NCBI GenBank assembly: GCA_964594475.1
Contig: CAZQMI010000001.1
Coordinates: 2,524-65,551 of the forward strand
Source: an uncultured Thermoplasmatales archaeon
GTDB lineage: Archaea; Thermoplasmatota; E2; DHVEG-1
DNA: 63,028 nt
Direction: 5' to 3'
Shown here: piece by piece, positions 1 through 8,988 of the stretch
How positions within the stretch are numbered: the first letter of the stretch is position 1
Layout: every line of letters begins with the position of its first letter
The notes under the pieces: model-generated
What the model was told of the DNA's origin: nothing
Databases searched by the model: none
Seen by the model: only the letters and a program-made list of their open reading frames with translations
Made by a program: the position numbers and the translations under genes

Positions 1-924
1 ATTACCCGCAACTGTCTTAGCCTTATCAACCTTTCGTTTGGACTTTTCTATATTAGACCGTTTACGAAACTTCTGACCATCCTTAACCTCTACTATAAAA
101 TCGTCTATTATAAAATCTGGTAGATACGTCAAGTTCTCAAACGTCAAAAGAAACGGCTCATACTTCCAGGTTACCCCAATTATATCCAGCAAGAATGCAG
201 TTACGCATTCAGCAATTGATCTAAAAGGAAATGTTCTTCGTAAGTTAATATCCGTATAGTAGCATCTACAAATACTTTTACTACTTGATTTTGGCTCATT
301 CAATCTTCTGGCATACTCTATTCGTTCTTCCTTAGTCATAGAGGCAAACCTCTTCTTCATCTTATCAGACATCATACTTCGAAACTCATCTGATTTGAAG
401 TGATTATGCATATGAGGGAATTTTTTATGCGCCTCTCTTAAAGACTCAGACAACTTACGTTTTCTTTCCGGGTTGTTTTTATATTGTTCCTTTAACATCT
501 TGCTATGTTTTGCTTTCTTCTCTTTAGTCCAAGACTTCTTATTCTTGACTGCTATCATTTTCCTTTTACGTTTACCTTCCTTACTGCTATAAAACTTCCT
601 TACAGAAGCAATCCTTTTATTGTTAGTCTCTTCATTATGACTGGCTTCATGTAGTTTTTTAACAAACTCTGGGTCTTCCCTAAGCCGTTTCATTTGTTTT
701 GAAGCAGCAGCCTTAACATTAGAAGAAAACTTGTTATCCTTCCACTGTTTTAATATCCTGTCTCTATCGCAGTCTCTTTTATAGTCGGAAGACAATGAAT
801 CTTCTCCATACTTTTTCTTATATTCTTTTGTAGTTAGACCGTGTGTTTTAAGATGATTCCAAGTTATCATACTAAACTGTTGGCCACAAACTTCACAGGT
901 TACTCTATAGTAATCATAGGCCAT
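1..924 (-). CDS. Homing-endonuclease-like protein with a MucR/Ros-type C2H2 zinc finger, basic NUMOD-like repeats and a TnsA/Vsr-like PD-(D/E)XK nuclease. The 3' end runs off the window.
   Basis: Absent from the supplied ORF track because there is no stop in the window. Hand translation from ATG at 924 gives MAYDYYRVTCEVCGQQFSMITWNHLKTHGLTTKEYKKKYG... All 308 codons down to position 1 are open. The C-terminal part reads ...WKYEPFLLTFENLTYLPDFIIDDFIVEVKDG (E..PD..EVK nuclease motif). It is a paralog of 57850..59154. Confidence 0.6.
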   Translation of the reverse strand, partial: MAYDYYRVTCEVCGQQFSMITWNHLKTHGLTTKEYKKKYGEDSLSSDYKRDCDRDRILKQWKDNKFSSNVKAAASKQMKRLREDPEFVKKLHEASHNEETNNKRIASVRKFYSSKEGKRKRKMIAVKNKKSWTKEKKAKHSKMLKEQYKNNPERKRKLSESLREAHKKFPHMHNHFKSDEFRSMMSDKMKKRFASMTKEERIEYARRLNEPKSSSKSICRCYYTDINLRRTFPFRSIAECVTAFLLDIIGVTWKYEPFLLTFENLTYLPDFIIDDFIVEVKDGQKFRKRSNIEKSKRKVDKAKTVAGN

Positions 925-1237
925 CTTCCATCTCCTTAATAGCAACAATATCATCTGTTTCTGTTAGTTCATCAAGGCGAACCCACTCATATTCAATTAC
1001 CTTTTCACCTCTTCTAACAAGAAACAGATGGTCCTCCGTAGCCCAGATTACTTCACCTGACTCTAATTCAATTTCAAAACACTCTTTAATACCTCTAAAA
1101 ATAGAGCCATCACATCCCTTATAACATTTTTTATTATCAACATTACGTGATAATACGGTGCAAGGAACACCCTCTAACTCCTTTATTTCTATATCTCCAT
1201 GTTCTTTGGTTGTAACAACGGTATCTTCATCAACACA
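1..1237 (-). mobile_element. Split-intein N-fragment (917..1237) plus a free-standing endonuclease gene, interrupting the terminase-like ATPase gene (a 'fractured gene' arrangement)
   Basis: The host-protein sequence ...SNELHALSQDLVS is followed by CVDEDTVVTTKEHGDIEIKELEG...WATEDHLFLV... This has Cys1 and a TxxH block B. A stop follows 107 aa after the Cys. The endonuclease ATG overlaps that stop (ATGGCCTATGA). Confidence 0.55.
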
Positions 1238-1972
1238 CGAGACGAGATCCTGGGATAAAGCGTGCAGTTCATTAGAACCAGCACGAAGGTTAACTCCACC
1301 TGGAAAATCTACGACAAGACCTTTATAGTCTCTGTCCTCTCTAACGTTGTATATGTCTCTAAAGAAAGGGGACTGCTTCAGGAAACTAATGCACTTTTTG
1401 TAACTACCCAACTGTACATTATCCTTGGTTACGGCATAGATACCGTATGTAAGTGTAGTACCTGCCATCTGGTGGTAAAACTCTTGAGGGTTCTTAAGAC
1501 ATGCCGTACAAGCTATCTTGTATAACAATAGCAACAAAGAGAATACCGTCTTACCTGCACCAATAGGACCAGTAGAGATAACTGTTTTTACTTTATTGTT
1601 GGGGTTAGCACACTCTACGAAGGCTTCTCTCCAGTAAGGAAACAAATCCTTCGTTACAGAGTTCATGTAATAATCGTCGTCTAAGAATTGCTCAGGAGAG
1701 GGAGGCGCTCGGTTGTAATCAATCTCGTGTATAGTCTGCCAGAGAATTCTGTCCTCAGTCTTACATGCCTCTTGCAAAATACGTATAACATACGCACGCT
1801 CTTCAGGATTCAAAGACAACAAGAGATCCTTACCTCGGGACTTCACCTCTTCGAGAAGATTGTTTCTTTTTTCTTCTCTTCTTTTTTGGTACTCTTCCGA
1901 GTTTTGAGCTCTTAGTCTTTTTCTTTCGTTCAGGCTCGACCACCTCAGCATCAACGGGTTGTTCCTCTTCAA
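914..1972 (-). CDS. P-loop ATPase, probably the N-terminal fragment of the terminase large subunit, fused to a split-intein N-fragment
   Basis: Walker A motif VISTGPIGAGKT is preceded by PSPEQFLDDDYYMN..LFPYWREAF. The last 107 aa look like a Hint N-fragment. The start is uncertain: ATG 1972 overlaps the upstream gene by 143 nt, whereas in-frame TTG 1822 follows an AAGGA and would remove the overlap. Confidence 0.55.
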   Translation of the reverse strand: MKRNNPLMLRWSSLNERKRLRAQNSEEYQKRREEKRNNLLEEVKSRGKDLLLSLNPEERAYVIRILQEACKTEDRILWQTIHEIDYNRAPPSPEQFLDDDYYMNSVTKDLFPYWREAFVECANPNNKVKTVISTGPIGAGKTVFSLLLLLYKIACTACLKNPQEFYHQMAGTTLTYGIYAVTKDNVQLGSYKKCISFLKQSPFFRDIYNVREDRDYKGLVVDFPGGVNLRAGSNELHALSQDLVSCVDEDTVVTTKEHGDIEIKELEGVPCTVLSRNVDNKKCYKGCDGSIFRGIKECFEIELESGEVIWATEDHLFLVRRGEKVIEYEWVRLDELTETDDIVAIKEMEDGL

Positions 1973-2624
1973 TAGTTCTTAGTTCAGACAATAACGAAGA
2001 AACTGTATTACGTATTCGTTCTCTAGAAAACGTATCCAACTTTTCGAGATCTTGTTTGGATTTGCTAACGTCTGTTTTCTTAGTTTGATCTAGGTTAAGC
2101 AGTTCTTTTATCAATTCTGGTACAGGAGGAGAGGTAGACTTGCCTTCTATAAAGTCAGTTATCTGCACTAAGTGTTTTTGAATCAATTCAAATAACTTCA
2201 ACAAGTCCTTAGGAGCGAGTTTGGTTATTACTTCCGGATGAAATAAAACTTGCTCAGTGAATCCTGCTGCTTCAAGATACTTTGAAAGACGACGGGATTG
2301 GTGAGACGCAACAGCTTGCATGAGAACATCTATTTTAGCTGCTTGGTTCGGAATGCTTTTTCGTAACTCGGACAAAAAATCGGGGTCTACTTCCTGCCCG
2401 GAAGCGATGTTGTTGGCTAACTGGCTAACAATTTGTTGTGACTTTGGCTTCGAGAACACAAAAGTGTCCGGAAGCTTCGGTTTATCATCTGATGATGGCT
2501 TGCTGTTCTCTCGTTCGGCTTGCTTCTTCTCTTTGTCCTTATTCTTCTTGCGTGCCTTAGAGAACTTCTTAGCCTTACGCTTGCCACGTTTAACTCGCTT
2601 CATGTTATTTTTCTTCTTTGCCAT
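1830..2624 (-). CDS. Basic hypothetical protein directly upstream of the terminase-like gene. A small-terminase role is only a positional guess.
   Basis: 264-aa ORF. N-terminus MAKKKNNMKRVKRGKRKAKKFSKARKKNKDKEKK, with a helical C-terminal part. Confidence 0.45.
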   Translation of the reverse strand: MAKKKNNMKRVKRGKRKAKKFSKARKKNKDKEKKQAERENSKPSSDDKPKLPDTFVFSKPKSQQIVSQLANNIASGQEVDPDFLSELRKSIPNQAAKIDVLMQAVASHQSRRLSKYLEAAGFTEQVLFHPEVITKLAPKDLLKLFELIQKHLVQITDFIEGKSTSPPVPELIKELLNLDQTKKTDVSKSKQDLEKLDTFSRERIRNTVSSLLSELRTIEEEQPVDAEVVEPERKKKTKSSKLGRVPKKKRRKKKQSSRRGEVPR

Positions 2625-2961
2625 AAATCACCGAATGAAGTTCCTTGAATATATTTACAACTTCTGTCTGTGAGATGTCGTATCTTCTTGCCAAGTAATC
2701 TACTTGAAGGTCAGTATAGTTGTTAACTAAAGCAAGATAAATAGCTGTGTCTCTAATAATACGCTTAAGCAGACCTTTGTCTGGCACCTTAATAGTGGTA
2801 CCCGCAAATATGTCTAAGAATTTGAATAGCTTCTCTCTGCCAAATATTTCAAACAACTCTGGAATTAATGTACCCTCAGATCTGTACAGCAATATTATGC
2901 GTAAGGCATTGACTCGCTTCTCGTCTTTCGGGTTGACTATATTAATTTCTTCCGGTATCAT
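2605..2961 (-). CDS. Small HTH protein, Mor-like transcription activator candidate
   Basis: LFEIFGREKLFKFLDIFAGTTIKVPDKGLLKRIIRDTAIY...YLARRYDISQTEVVNIFKEL resembles the Mor-family layout. Confidence 0.4.
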   Translation of the reverse strand: MIPEEINIVNPKDEKRVNALRIILLYRSEGTLIPELFEIFGREKLFKFLDIFAGTTIKVPDKGLLKRIIRDTAIYLALVNNYTDLQVDYLARRYDISQTEVVNIFKELHSVIYGKEEK

Positions 2962-3622
2962 AGTATTCTGCCAACTTGTTCGAAATGAATAAAGAATTAC
3001 TAAATTTCTTGTAGTACTTATATAGAAGACTTCTTATGATAACTCTCGTATAGTCCCTTAAAAATCTCGCTGAGTGTTTCGTCCTCTTCTTGTAATAATG
3101 AGAGACTTTAATCTTCTTTCCGGACAAAGCTGCCTCCAACATGTGCAGACAGCATTTACGGTCTACTCCCTTAAATCTAAGTCTCCGCTTGAATGCCTTA
3201 CGCATAATTTCAGGCAGCTCTTCTTCTATAAAGATCTTATCGTCAACATCCTTGACTGTTCTCGGATTATTGAAGATGTGGTTTATACGATAGGCATCCT
3301 CTAAATACAGATTACGCTCTATCGGTATACTTATCACCTGTCCCCAGTATCTCCGGCAGACACAAATGTACTTCTTGTAATAGTATTCCCACAGCTTTCT
3401 TCTATGATCGAATACGGCATTGCCTCTCTTCAAACTTCGATACGTAGCTACAAAGCAATCGTTGATTACCGCATCCAAATCAAAGAACTTGTATTTGAAT
3501 CTTGTAGCAACTGAACTGGCTAGAGGGGTGAGCGAGAGACAAGTCCGTAGCAGATAAGGCTCTAGGCCTGTCTCTTTATATTGTTTGTAAGCCTGGAATG
3601 CGGTTTCATCATGAGTGGGCAT
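2942..3622 (-). CDS. Divergent sigma-factor-like protein (region-2-like)
   Basis: DLDAVINDCFVATYRSLKRG...LWEYYYKKY parallels region 2 of the clearer sigma-like ORF at 7924..8988. Confidence 0.35.
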   Translation of the reverse strand: MPTHDETAFQAYKQYKETGLEPYLLRTCLSLTPLASSVATRFKYKFFDLDAVINDCFVATYRSLKRGNAVFDHRRKLWEYYYKKYICVCRRYWGQVISIPIERNLYLEDAYRINHIFNNPRTVKDVDDKIFIEEELPEIMRKAFKRRLRFKGVDRKCCLHMLEAALSGKKIKVSHYYKKRTKHSARFLRDYTRVIIRSLLYKYYKKFSNSLFISNKLAEYYDTGRN

Positions 3623-3628
3623 TCTCTG

Positions 3629-4093
3629 TTAAACACCACCAAAGGTAGGTCCCTTCCCGGGTCCGGGTTTGTTGTCACCTACTTTGCCTTCACTTTGTGC
3701 GACTGAGCCTCGCTTCCTTTGGCCCAATTTGATAATGCCGTCCATAACCTTGGACATACTACCGCTTAGTTCACTCAATTCCAACTTATCCATAATGCTG
3801 CGTAAGGAAAGCTGATTCAAAAAGAGGCCCATAGCTGCAAGCTGTATGTCTGGCTCTGTAGTCTGTAAAGGATCCATGCTAATGATTACACCCGACGTGT
3901 TAACTTGTATCATTCTTGATAACTCTTCTCGTGGCTCAGTATTGACCTTAGCATATTTGTCTTCAAGACTGTTGACAAACTCTTTCATGTCTTTTGTGCC
4001 AAAGATGAATTTATCTTCTCTTGCATCCAAAACTATCCGAGTAAGTTTGGTAATACCTTGCTGTTCTAACGCCTTGGATCTATCTTTAGCCAT
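3629..4093 (-). CDS. Hypothetical protein
   Basis: 154-aa ORF packed tightly against its neighbours (upstream stop at 4097, start at 4093). No recognisable motif. Confidence 0.5.
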   Translation of the reverse strand: MAKDRSKALEQQGITKLTRIVLDAREDKFIFGTKDMKEFVNSLEDKYAKVNTEPREELSRMIQVNTSGVIISMDPLQTTEPDIQLAAMGLFLNQLSLRSIMDKLELSELSGSMSKVMDGIIKLGQRKRGSVAQSEGKVGDNKPGPGKGPTFGGV

Positions 4094-4096
4094 TAT

Positions 4097-5086
4097 CTAT
4101 TTCTCCTTCGGTTCTGTCGTTCCACTTTCCTTTGCTTCCGTATTCTCTGCTTCTGCCTCTTCGACATCGGGGGATTCATTACCTTCATCGCTAGATGCAG
4201 ATACGGATCCAGTTCCTGTTGCGTCTTCTTGTCCTCCACCTTCTTTATCTCCTCCATCATCTCCGTCGCCCACCACTTCGCTTTCTTGGTCTTGTACTTC
4301 AGATTCAGTATTGGCTTGCCCTTCGGACCCAACGATGTTTTTGACAGCAGAATTGATAGCCTGTTCTGCTCTTGATTTGAATTGTCCACTCTTCTGTGCC
4401 TCCTCGTATTGCTTCTGCAATTGATTCATATATTGAGATCTACGTTCTTGTAAAAAGTTAAGAGCACATTTCTGGGCTGTGTCATCGTTGAGAGACAACA
4501 CCAAGAATTGCTCTTCTGGTCCAACCGTAGATGCCACCAGCTTGGATTCCCACTCCTCTTGACTCATAGATATCTTGAGCTGTTTGTGGTGTCTTGGAAT
4601 ATCCTTCTTACGAATAACAATGAATTCGTTACGAGGATCTGGCAACGATCTTCGTTCCGTATTAAACTCACAAGAATAACAAGGGAGGATCAACTTAGAA
4701 TATCTCTCTTTGTTGACCATTCTGATTTTATTACGGCAGGTCTTGTAGAATGTACACTTTTTCTCCGGCTCTACCTTGATGTCACTATACTTCAGGCCTC
4801 GTTTTTTGAACTCCTCTATGAGTAACTCCTTGGATCTTCTCAACTGCTCGACAGCTTGTTTTGTATCTTCAATCTTCTTCTCGTCTTCTTTCGGTCTCTT
4901 TGCAGTAAGTTCAGTCAGCCTCTTTTCCGAATAGTCCAGCTTAAACAGAATATCCTTTAATGCAAAACGCAATTGAGGATCAGGTACTGCCTTTAACTTA
5001 TCTTCATCTGAAGGGTCTAACTTATTCTTATCCTTGTTCTTGAATTCCTCAGTAAGTTCTTCTTTAATCTTGTTCTTCTCATCCAT
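4097..5086 (-). CDS. Hypothetical protein with a Cys cluster and an acidic C-terminal tail
   Basis: 329-aa ORF. Contains CTFYKTCRN...LPCYSCEF and a Glu/Asp/Gly-rich tail. Confidence 0.55.
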   Translation of the reverse strand: MDEKNKIKEELTEEFKNKDKNKLDPSDEDKLKAVPDPQLRFALKDILFKLDYSEKRLTELTAKRPKEDEKKIEDTKQAVEQLRRSKELLIEEFKKRGLKYSDIKVEPEKKCTFYKTCRNKIRMVNKERYSKLILPCYSCEFNTERRSLPDPRNEFIVIRKKDIPRHHKQLKISMSQEEWESKLVASTVGPEEQFLVLSLNDDTAQKCALNFLQERRSQYMNQLQKQYEEAQKSGQFKSRAEQAINSAVKNIVGSEGQANTESEVQDQESEVVGDGDDGGDKEGGGQEDATGTGSVSASSDEGNESPDVEEAEAENTEAKESGTTEPKEK

Positions 5087-5095
5087 CAGTCTCTC

Positions 5096-7597
5096 CTAAA
5101 TTGAACAATCAACATGAAGGCAATTCGGGTTCACGCACTTGAGGCAACCTTCTTCAGGCAGTGCAGTAAAGTGTAGGCACTTAGGACATCTCTTTGCACC
5201 TTCTATGTGCTGGACTTCCTGTTTGTCTATACTGAACCGTCTTAAAACTTGGCCTAAGAGATCTGGCAAGCTGGTCACCATAACTGGCTTCTTGTCTGTA
5301 CTGAGTATACGTATACGCTCCGTACGCCCGGATGGTGCTCCAATAAGATCTTTGCAAATATTCTGTATAGGTATACGGTACTTCTGAATGTCCTTGGAAA
5401 TACGCTTAGTCAAGGACTCCGCAAATGAGCGAGTATCAGCATCGCAGTTATTTATAGTAACAAATATCTCCATGATCTCTTCATTGTGGCTATTGATGGT
5501 TATATAAACATCCTGGCCGTTAAAGATATACCGGAGCGTCTTTCCCTCCAAAGCCTGGGGTCTCTTTATACGTTCACTCTTCGTGTCCTTTTTATCTTTG
5601 TTTTCCTTACCAGTAGACAGAGGAGTTTCATCCAGAGAACCATAACGGTATATCGTGAGTCCCTTGAGATTTTTCTGATGCGCATATTTGACTATTTCTT
5701 TAACTTCTTCCACCTTGGTGGATTCAGGTAAGTTAATAGTCGAAGAAATAGATAGGCTACAAAAATCTTGAAACGCACTTTGCATTTCTATGCGATCTTT
5801 CCAATTCAAGTTGTGGGCAGTAACAAAGCAGTCAAAATCCTTGTCCAGTTCAAAGTTATCTTTTATCTCTTCCGTCAACACACCACCAGAGTTCTTGATC
5901 TCTTCTAAGAGTTCAGCTTTCTCATCAAGATCATCCGCAAAGTATTCTGTACAAAAACTGTTGAATTCCGGATCTGTAAACGTCATTTCTCCGCCAGTAG
6001 ACAAATGGCGTTTATAGTGTAAGGAAAATACAGGTTCCATACCTCCGGAGAAAGAATCTGATACAATACCCGTGTTTCCGGTGGGAGCAATACAGGAGAT
6101 GTACATATTACGAACACCCACCTGTTTTATCAGGTTTATAAGATTTTGCCACCTGGCTACTTGGTTTGGAGACTTATTGGCAAACTTGGAAAGCAATGTC
6201 AACAGAGCGTTTGCATTCTCCTTTACTGACCAAGCCTCACATGGACCCCAAGCCTCGGCTAAATTGGCAGAAGCTTCAAACCCAGATAAAGTTACTTCCT
6301 CCATGATTATTCTTGCCAAGTGCTGTGACTCTGGGGAGCCATACCGGATACCTAACTTAAATAACAGTTCTCCGAACCCACTAATACCCAGTCCAATAGG
6401 GGCACAAAATTGAGTATTACTACGGAAACCTTCATCGGGAAACGAAGATAGGAAGGCGTTCTCAGCCAAGAAAGGAATCATTAGTTTTGTCAATTGACGC
6501 AGCAACAGAATGAAATCTTCGTAATTGGGGTCTTCCCCTATATCTCGAGATAGCTGATAGAGATTGATTGATGCTAAGTTACAGGAAGTCGAAGGAGGCA
6601 AGGGCACTTCACCACAAGGATTCGTAGAGACTATGTCCCCGAGTGACACCGTTGTATTGCTCCTATTGATAGCGCTCTGAAATAACCAACCTGGGTCTCC
6701 CGTAGCCCATGATTGTTTACACTGCTGGTCAAACAGGTCTCTCGCTCGCACGCTTTTGTACACTACGTCTCTCCAACGTAGGTCCCACATGTCGTCATCT
6801 TCAACAGCCTTCAAAAACTTGTCACTTAACAGCACAGACAGATTCATACCTGTATAGTTCTCTCTATCCGGATTGTCTTTGCTCTTGCAAGAAATAAAAT
6901 CCGGAAGGTCAGGATGGTTATCATACATACAGGTCATGATTGCAGCCCTGCGTTTACCTGCGGATTTAACTACAATTCCCGTCTCGTTGAAGATACTCAT
7001 AAAAGAAAGCGGACCCGACGAACCACTCTCTCCTTGAAAGTGAAGGCCACCATCACCGATAGAGGCTCCCTTTGGACGAAGTTGACCAATATTGTTACCT
7101 ATACCCGCACCTTCTTTGAAGACAGAAACACACCGGCCTATCTCTGCGGAGATACTGGTCATTGAATCTTGTAAGTCACCTACGAAGCACGCAAACAGGT
7201 TGGCTCGGTCTTTCTTAGGATCAGCATTGTAGTAAGTAGGGGAATTAAACGTAAACAATTTGTGACGTTGTGCCTTCATTAACATATCAAAGACTTCAGT
7301 ACTACCTGAAGACTTAACATTGCGAAGTCTCTTGGAATTGCGGCGATAGAAGTCAGATACTCGTTTGAATATTTCTTCCGGGTCACTCTCGATAAAGTTT
7401 CCATCCAAGTCTTTCTTAAAATAATGAGTCTTCATGACACGAAGAGCTGTTTCCGAATACTCAGGGCTTGGACTTTCCAGTAAAGATTCTAACTCTTTAC
7501 TGTCCAGCCTCACAATCGGGTCACGTTTTACCGGTGCGGTTCTTGACTTAGACTTGGTTGTCTTCTTGGTCGATTTTTTCTTTTTCTTCTTTGCCAT
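5096..7597 (-). CDS. nrdJ: Ribonucleotide reductase, class II (adenosylcobalamin-dependent, NrdJ-like), with a lysine-rich N-terminal tail
   Basis: Motifs: GPLSFMSIFNETGIVVKSAGKRRAAIMTCMYDNHPDLPDFI; the active-site loop TNPCGEVPLPPSTSCNLASINL; and a C-terminal Cys cluster CPKCLHF..CLKCVNPNC. AGGAGTGG lies 6 nt before the ATG that starts MAKKKKKKSTKKTTKSKSR. Confidence 0.85.
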   Translation of the reverse strand: MAKKKKKKSTKKTTKSKSRTAPVKRDPIVRLDSKELESLLESPSPEYSETALRVMKTHYFKKDLDGNFIESDPEEIFKRVSDFYRRNSKRLRNVKSSGSTEVFDMLMKAQRHKLFTFNSPTYYNADPKKDRANLFACFVGDLQDSMTSISAEIGRCVSVFKEGAGIGNNIGQLRPKGASIGDGGLHFQGESGSSGPLSFMSIFNETGIVVKSAGKRRAAIMTCMYDNHPDLPDFISCKSKDNPDRENYTGMNLSVLLSDKFLKAVEDDDMWDLRWRDVVYKSVRARDLFDQQCKQSWATGDPGWLFQSAINRSNTTVSLGDIVSTNPCGEVPLPPSTSCNLASINLYQLSRDIGEDPNYEDFILLLRQLTKLMIPFLAENAFLSSFPDEGFRSNTQFCAPIGLGISGFGELLFKLGIRYGSPESQHLARIIMEEVTLSGFEASANLAEAWGPCEAWSVKENANALLTLLSKFANKSPNQVARWQNLINLIKQVGVRNMYISCIAPTGNTGIVSDSFSGGMEPVFSLHYKRHLSTGGEMTFTDPEFNSFCTEYFADDLDEKAELLEEIKNSGGVLTEEIKDNFELDKDFDCFVTAHNLNWKDRIEMQSAFQDFCSLSISSTINLPESTKVEEVKEIVKYAHQKNLKGLTIYRYGSLDETPLSTGKENKDKKDTKSERIKRPQALEGKTLRYIFNGQDVYITINSHNEEIMEIFVTINNCDADTRSFAESLTKRISKDIQKYRIPIQNICKDLIGAPSGRTERIRILSTDKKPVMVTSLPDLLGQVLRRFSIDKQEVQHIEGAKRCPKCLHFTALPEEGCLKCVNPNCLHVDCSI

Positions 7598-7736
7598 CTA
7601 TTCCACTCCTATTCGACAAAAGATCTTGGCAGGATGATGTAAAGCCACAATTGGTACACAGGAATTTACAACCCCTTCTTATTTCTAAAAGAGTATTACA
7701 ATCAGGACACGTTATGCCGTTCAAACTATTCGGCAA
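7548..7736 (-). CDS. Small zinc-ribbon protein (TTG start)
   Basis: ITCPDCNTLLEIRRGCKFLCTNCG. The 3' end overlaps the nrdJ 5' end by 50 nt. Confidence 0.35.
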   Translation of the reverse strand: MPNSLNGITCPDCNTLLEIRRGCKFLCTNCGFTSSCQDLLSNRSGIDGKEEKEKIDQEDNQV

Positions 7737-7896
7737 GATATTCCTTTACTTCAAACTCAGGTCTCTTTCCTGATTCTTCCAACGGCTTATTTTTTGAGTT
7801 AGCCTGTTGTACAGCCTCATTGTAATCTGCAGTTGGCGTTGATACAGTAACACCGTTGCTATTTCTAACTACCCATTTCTTCTCATTGCCTGACAT
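7726..7896 (-). CDS. Small hypothetical protein (56 aa, below the ORF-track cutoff)
   Basis: Hand translation MSGNEKKWVVRNSNGVTVSTPTADYNEAVQQANSKNKPLEESGKRPEFEVKEYLAE. A GGAG lies 6 nt upstream of the ATG. Confidence 0.35.
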   Translation of the reverse strand: MSGNEKKWVVRNSNGVTVSTPTADYNEAVQQANSKNKPLEESGKRPEFEVKEYLAE

Positions 7897-7923
7897 AACT
7901 TTCTCCTATAAACATAAATAACT

Positions 7924-8988
7924 TTAGTCTTCGTCTTTCGTATCTTCTCCGTCTTTGTCATCATCTAACAGGGACGAGCAAAGACTTGACGATTCGTAAT
8001 TCTCTCCAAGCACTGAACTGACAGATAGTTTGTCATGGTTAGCCTTATCGCCTATCAATGACAACATTTGATCATAGATCTTCTTAGCTCTGCGCTTAGA
8101 TACCTTGTTAGCCTTAGCTATAGCTTCAACTTCATCTGGAGACATAAGGTCATGCATCTGTTCAAATATTGATATTTTCTTTTGGAACTTCTCTATCTTC
8201 TTAAGGGACGGAAACCTAACCGAGATACCTCCGAACACAGCCATTAACTTGTTAGTATTCTCTCTTCCAATCAAGTTAGCAATGCGAGGCAAATGAGTTC
8301 TTGAAGCTGAGTCCCATAAAGAAATAGCGTCCACATTTTTATTAAGAAATACTTCAAGAAAAGCAATGCGCAAACACACTCTTAAATGATGGTACAAGAA
8401 GGAGCACTCTACAAGTTCTCTGTCAAACATATAAGATGCCGTAACCGCTAATCGTTTTCGGTTACGTACAAAGATACCTTCCTTGAAAGCCTGTAAGTAA
8501 AAGTGTAATATCTTTTGAGACTCCCTGTCAAAATAGGGTATAGTTGCGTTTCGTATGACTTCTTTTATATCCATATTGTTGTCTAACTGGTCCATCTTTA
8601 GTTCAGACTCACAATCCTCCAAGGAGTCTTCCAACTCGGAATAACTGCCCATACCCCTGATTGATAATTTGTGTATTTGAGACCTAAGAAAGTTGCCTAC
8701 GCATGCTGTAAGATAGCTAAATAATCTGCTACCTCTACCAGGCTCATAGTCATCGAGTATTTGAGGCAACTTGACAACAGCATCATTGATAAGGTCTTCT
8801 GGATCCTCAATGGGATTGGGCATAGACCGGTAGGCTTTAACGGCAAGACTTTTGATTAATGGAAGAGACTTATCCACGATCTCGTGGAAGAGTTTTACGT
8901 CATAAGATTCTTTCCATTTTTCAACCAGTGCATATACTTGTTCCTCATTGAATAGATTTTTGCTTTTCTTTTTTCTTTTACGTGGCAT
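7924..8988 (-). CDS. Phage sigma-factor-like protein
   Basis: Region-2-like EDLINDAVVKLPQILDDYEPGRGSRLFSYLTACVGNFLRSQIHK. C-terminal HTH-like DEVEAIAKANKVSKRRAKKIYDQM. Confidence 0.6.
   Translation of the reverse strand: MPRKRKKKSKNLFNEEQVYALVEKWKESYDVKLFHEIVDKSLPLIKSLAVKAYRSMPNPIEDPEDLINDAVVKLPQILDDYEPGRGSRLFSYLTACVGNFLRSQIHKLSIRGMGSYSELEDSLEDCESELKMDQLDNNMDIKEVIRNATIPYFDRESQKILHFYLQAFKEGIFVRNRKRLAVTASYMFDRELVECSFLYHHLRVCLRIAFLEVFLNKNVDAISLWDSASRTHLPRIANLIGRENTNKLMAVFGGISVRFPSLKKIEKFQKKISIFEQMHDLMSPDEVEAIAKANKVSKRRAKKIYDQMLSLIGDKANHDKLSVSSVLGENYESSSLCSSLLDDDKDGEDTKDED

Noticed and set aside
1830-1972. 143-nt out-of-frame overlap between ORF 1830..2624 and the terminase-like ORF, considered as programmed frameshifting or true overprinting
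   Set aside because: An in-frame TTG at 1822, preceded by AAGGA and lying just after the upstream stop, would remove the overlap entirely. I saw no slippery heptamer. The start is simply left uncertain.
4093-4389. 98-aa alternative-frame ORF inside 4097..5086
   Set aside because: It is fully nested in the longer same-strand ORF, in another frame, within its low-complexity acidic tail.
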